DNA of 64,000 bases, from positions 372,001-436,000 of the forward strand of contig NW_013657655.1 in assembly GCF_000142905.1 (NCBI RefSeq), in the 5' to 3' direction. The position numbers were made by a program, and so were the translations under genes. The notes beneath the pieces were generated by a model. That model did not search any database. It had not been told where the DNA came from and was given only the letters and a program-made list of their open reading frames with translations. Origin of the DNA: Thecamonas trahens ATCC 50062. Lineage: Eukaryota; Protista; Apusomonadida. Positions 62,225 through 64,000 of this stretch are shown here, piece after piece (position 1 is the first letter of the stretch; every line of letters begins with the position of its first letter).

Positions 62225-64000
62225 CCCTTCTCGTGGAGGCCAACGATGAGCTGCAGGATCGAATTGTGATCAAGGAAATTGCGCACGGCGTGCTGCGATG
62301 GCGGCACGTTCTGCTCGGCCATGTAGGCAAACAGATCGGCGAGCGTCTCCTTGTCCTCTCGGTTCCAGTCCGCACGGGCGACCGAGCCAGGAGTGTCGGG
62401 CTGGCGGCGGCCTCGCGTTGAGCGCGACGAGGTTAACGGGGTTGACGGTGTGGCGACGGCGTCAAAGTTGAGACCCACCGAGGCGTCCGCGTCCGAGTCG
62501 GCAGTCGGGCGAGCCACCGACGAAAGCAGGCGGAAGAAGACACCGTCGCGGGAAGCCAGCACCGTCTCGCGGACATGCTGGTAGACGGCAAGCCGGGCAG
62601 TGGTGAGACCGCGAAGCTCCCGGGAGTAGAAGACCTCCGAGGTCTCGCGGGAGTGACCCATGCCAAGGTTGAGGATGGCATCAAGGGCAGTGTCGCACGG
62701 CGAGTCGACAAGAACTTGATCAATGTGCTTGCGGATGAAACGAGAGGTGGCAAGCGCTGCAAAGTCCTCAACGACATCAGGGTAAGCATCGAGAGAGCCA
62801 TCGTAGGCGATGACAGCGGCCTCCAGCGCGTTGTGGACAAGTCCAGCAGCTCGTGCAGCGCGGTCAATGTCGCCCGAGAGGCGCTGCGAGGGGTTGCGCC
62901 AGTGCGGCAGTGCCAGCGGTGAGTCGAGAATGCCATCAATGTTGAGCTGGCGGACTCGGGCGTTCATGCGCAGAAGCATCTCGACCACGAGACGCGACAG
63001 CGGCAGCGGCTCGGTGACGATGTTCTCGTTCCGCTTGTTCTTGGTCGCCACGTTGATGTAGACAATATCATTGAGGGCGGCGACAATGCGGTCCTGACCA
63101 TCAAATGCAGCAAGCGCAGCGCTCGGGTAAGCCGGCTTGGGCGAGGCGTCCAAGGTGGTGTCGTCACGTGGGGTGAGCGGGGCACGGAGAGCCTCGGCGG
63201 TCATGGAGGTGATGGACGAGAGACGCGGCGGACGGCCGCAGACCAGCATGTTGAAGCGGGCGACGAGAACAAGCAGCGGACCGTACTCCTTGTAGGTCTC
63301 GATGGTGAAGTCGAAGGATGAGTGCAAGACACCCGAGTGGATGAAGGCGATGAGCAACTTGGCGCCGATGAAAGCGTACATGCGCGGCGTGAACTTGGCG
63401 TGCTGGACACGACGGGCGTGGTCAATGAGGTACGACTCGGCGCGGAGGGCCTTGAACTTCTGGAAGGTGGCCATGAGCGCCGAGAGAGCGTCCCAGATTG
63501 ACTTCCGGGTCGCCACAACCATGGTGACACGCTGATCAAACGTCGGGGTAAGGACCGAGTTCGCCACGTAGCCAAGCGAGGTGTCGATGAGATCACGGAG
63601 CGCAATGGCAGCATCGTACATGGTCGAGGCAGAAGGCAACGAGTCTTTGTCGGCCATGAGCAGGTAGTTGAAGAACAGATGGAAGCGGCCGGAGTTGTTC
63701 AACGCCCACGACGAGACTCTCCGGGCAAGCTCGTCGCCCGAGAGTGGCTTGACCGGCTGGTGCGGATAGAACCCGACGACCAGCCGCGGAATCCAGTTGA
63801 GGCGAGTGGAGACGCCGTGGTTGGGGCGGTGAGGGCGATGACCTCGTTCCACGAGTCAATAACAGCAACGCTGTAGACCTTGTACTGTGCATTGGACAGC
63901 GTAAGTCGAGCAGGGTACGACCACTGGGTGCCAGCAGGAACAGCAACCGAGGCGCGAAGTGCATCAACAAAGTCGTCCTCGTAGAGCGGAACGACGGGCA
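62225..64000 (-). CDS. Tyrosine recombinase/integrase (eukaryotic YR-element type); both ends outside readable sequence
   Basis: Catalytic residues in canonical order: GRPPRLSSITSM (R), ATKNK (K), SRFIRK (R), MGHS (H), EVFY (Y). C-terminal small helical domain DWNREDKETLADLF...PPSQHAV. A second open frame continues from ~63825 to the window end. Confidence 0.75.

Larger units (their letters stand above)
53100..64000. mobile_element. Putative large tyrosine-recombinase mobile element or accessory island; boundaries uncertain
   Basis: Abrupt loss of conserved host genes and gene density, a YR gene, an orphan GTPase, a repeat cluster and a telomeric patch. No terminal repeats or target duplication were identified. 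Confidence 0.45.

Overview
GC-rich, gene-dense, intron-poor eukaryotic DNA from a draft assembly with three N gaps. Gene content and style suggest a flagellated protist such as the apusomonad Thecamonas; this is inference only. Positions 1 to ~52,800 hold tightly packed host genes: NOC3, UTP14, a SAM-PH-PH-EEP protein, a PMCA-type ATPase, a ZNF706-like protein, PABPN1, a LIM/coiled-coil protein, NXF1, an AREL1-like HECT protein, Mpv17, KIF6, PDCD2, a BRPF/JADE-like protein, RPS23, a LamG/Ig secreted protein, FIS1, a solute-binding-protein receptor kinase and SLC26. Several of these have lost catalytic or binding residues (PMCA, HECT, EEP, cyclase-like domain, second kinase, bromodomain). From ~53,100 to the end the sequence changes character. 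It contains a 1176-aa dynamin-like GTPase with a possible GREB1/TAGT-type glycosyltransferase C-terminus, ~4.5 kb of gene-poor, partly A-rich DNA, a short interstitial (TTAGGG)n patch next to a cluster of short direct and inverted repeats, and a large tyrosine recombinase gene running off the window. The best candidate for a novel system is a cargo-carrying, tyrosine-recombinase mobile element in this last segment. All family calls come from motif recognition by eye; no searches were run.
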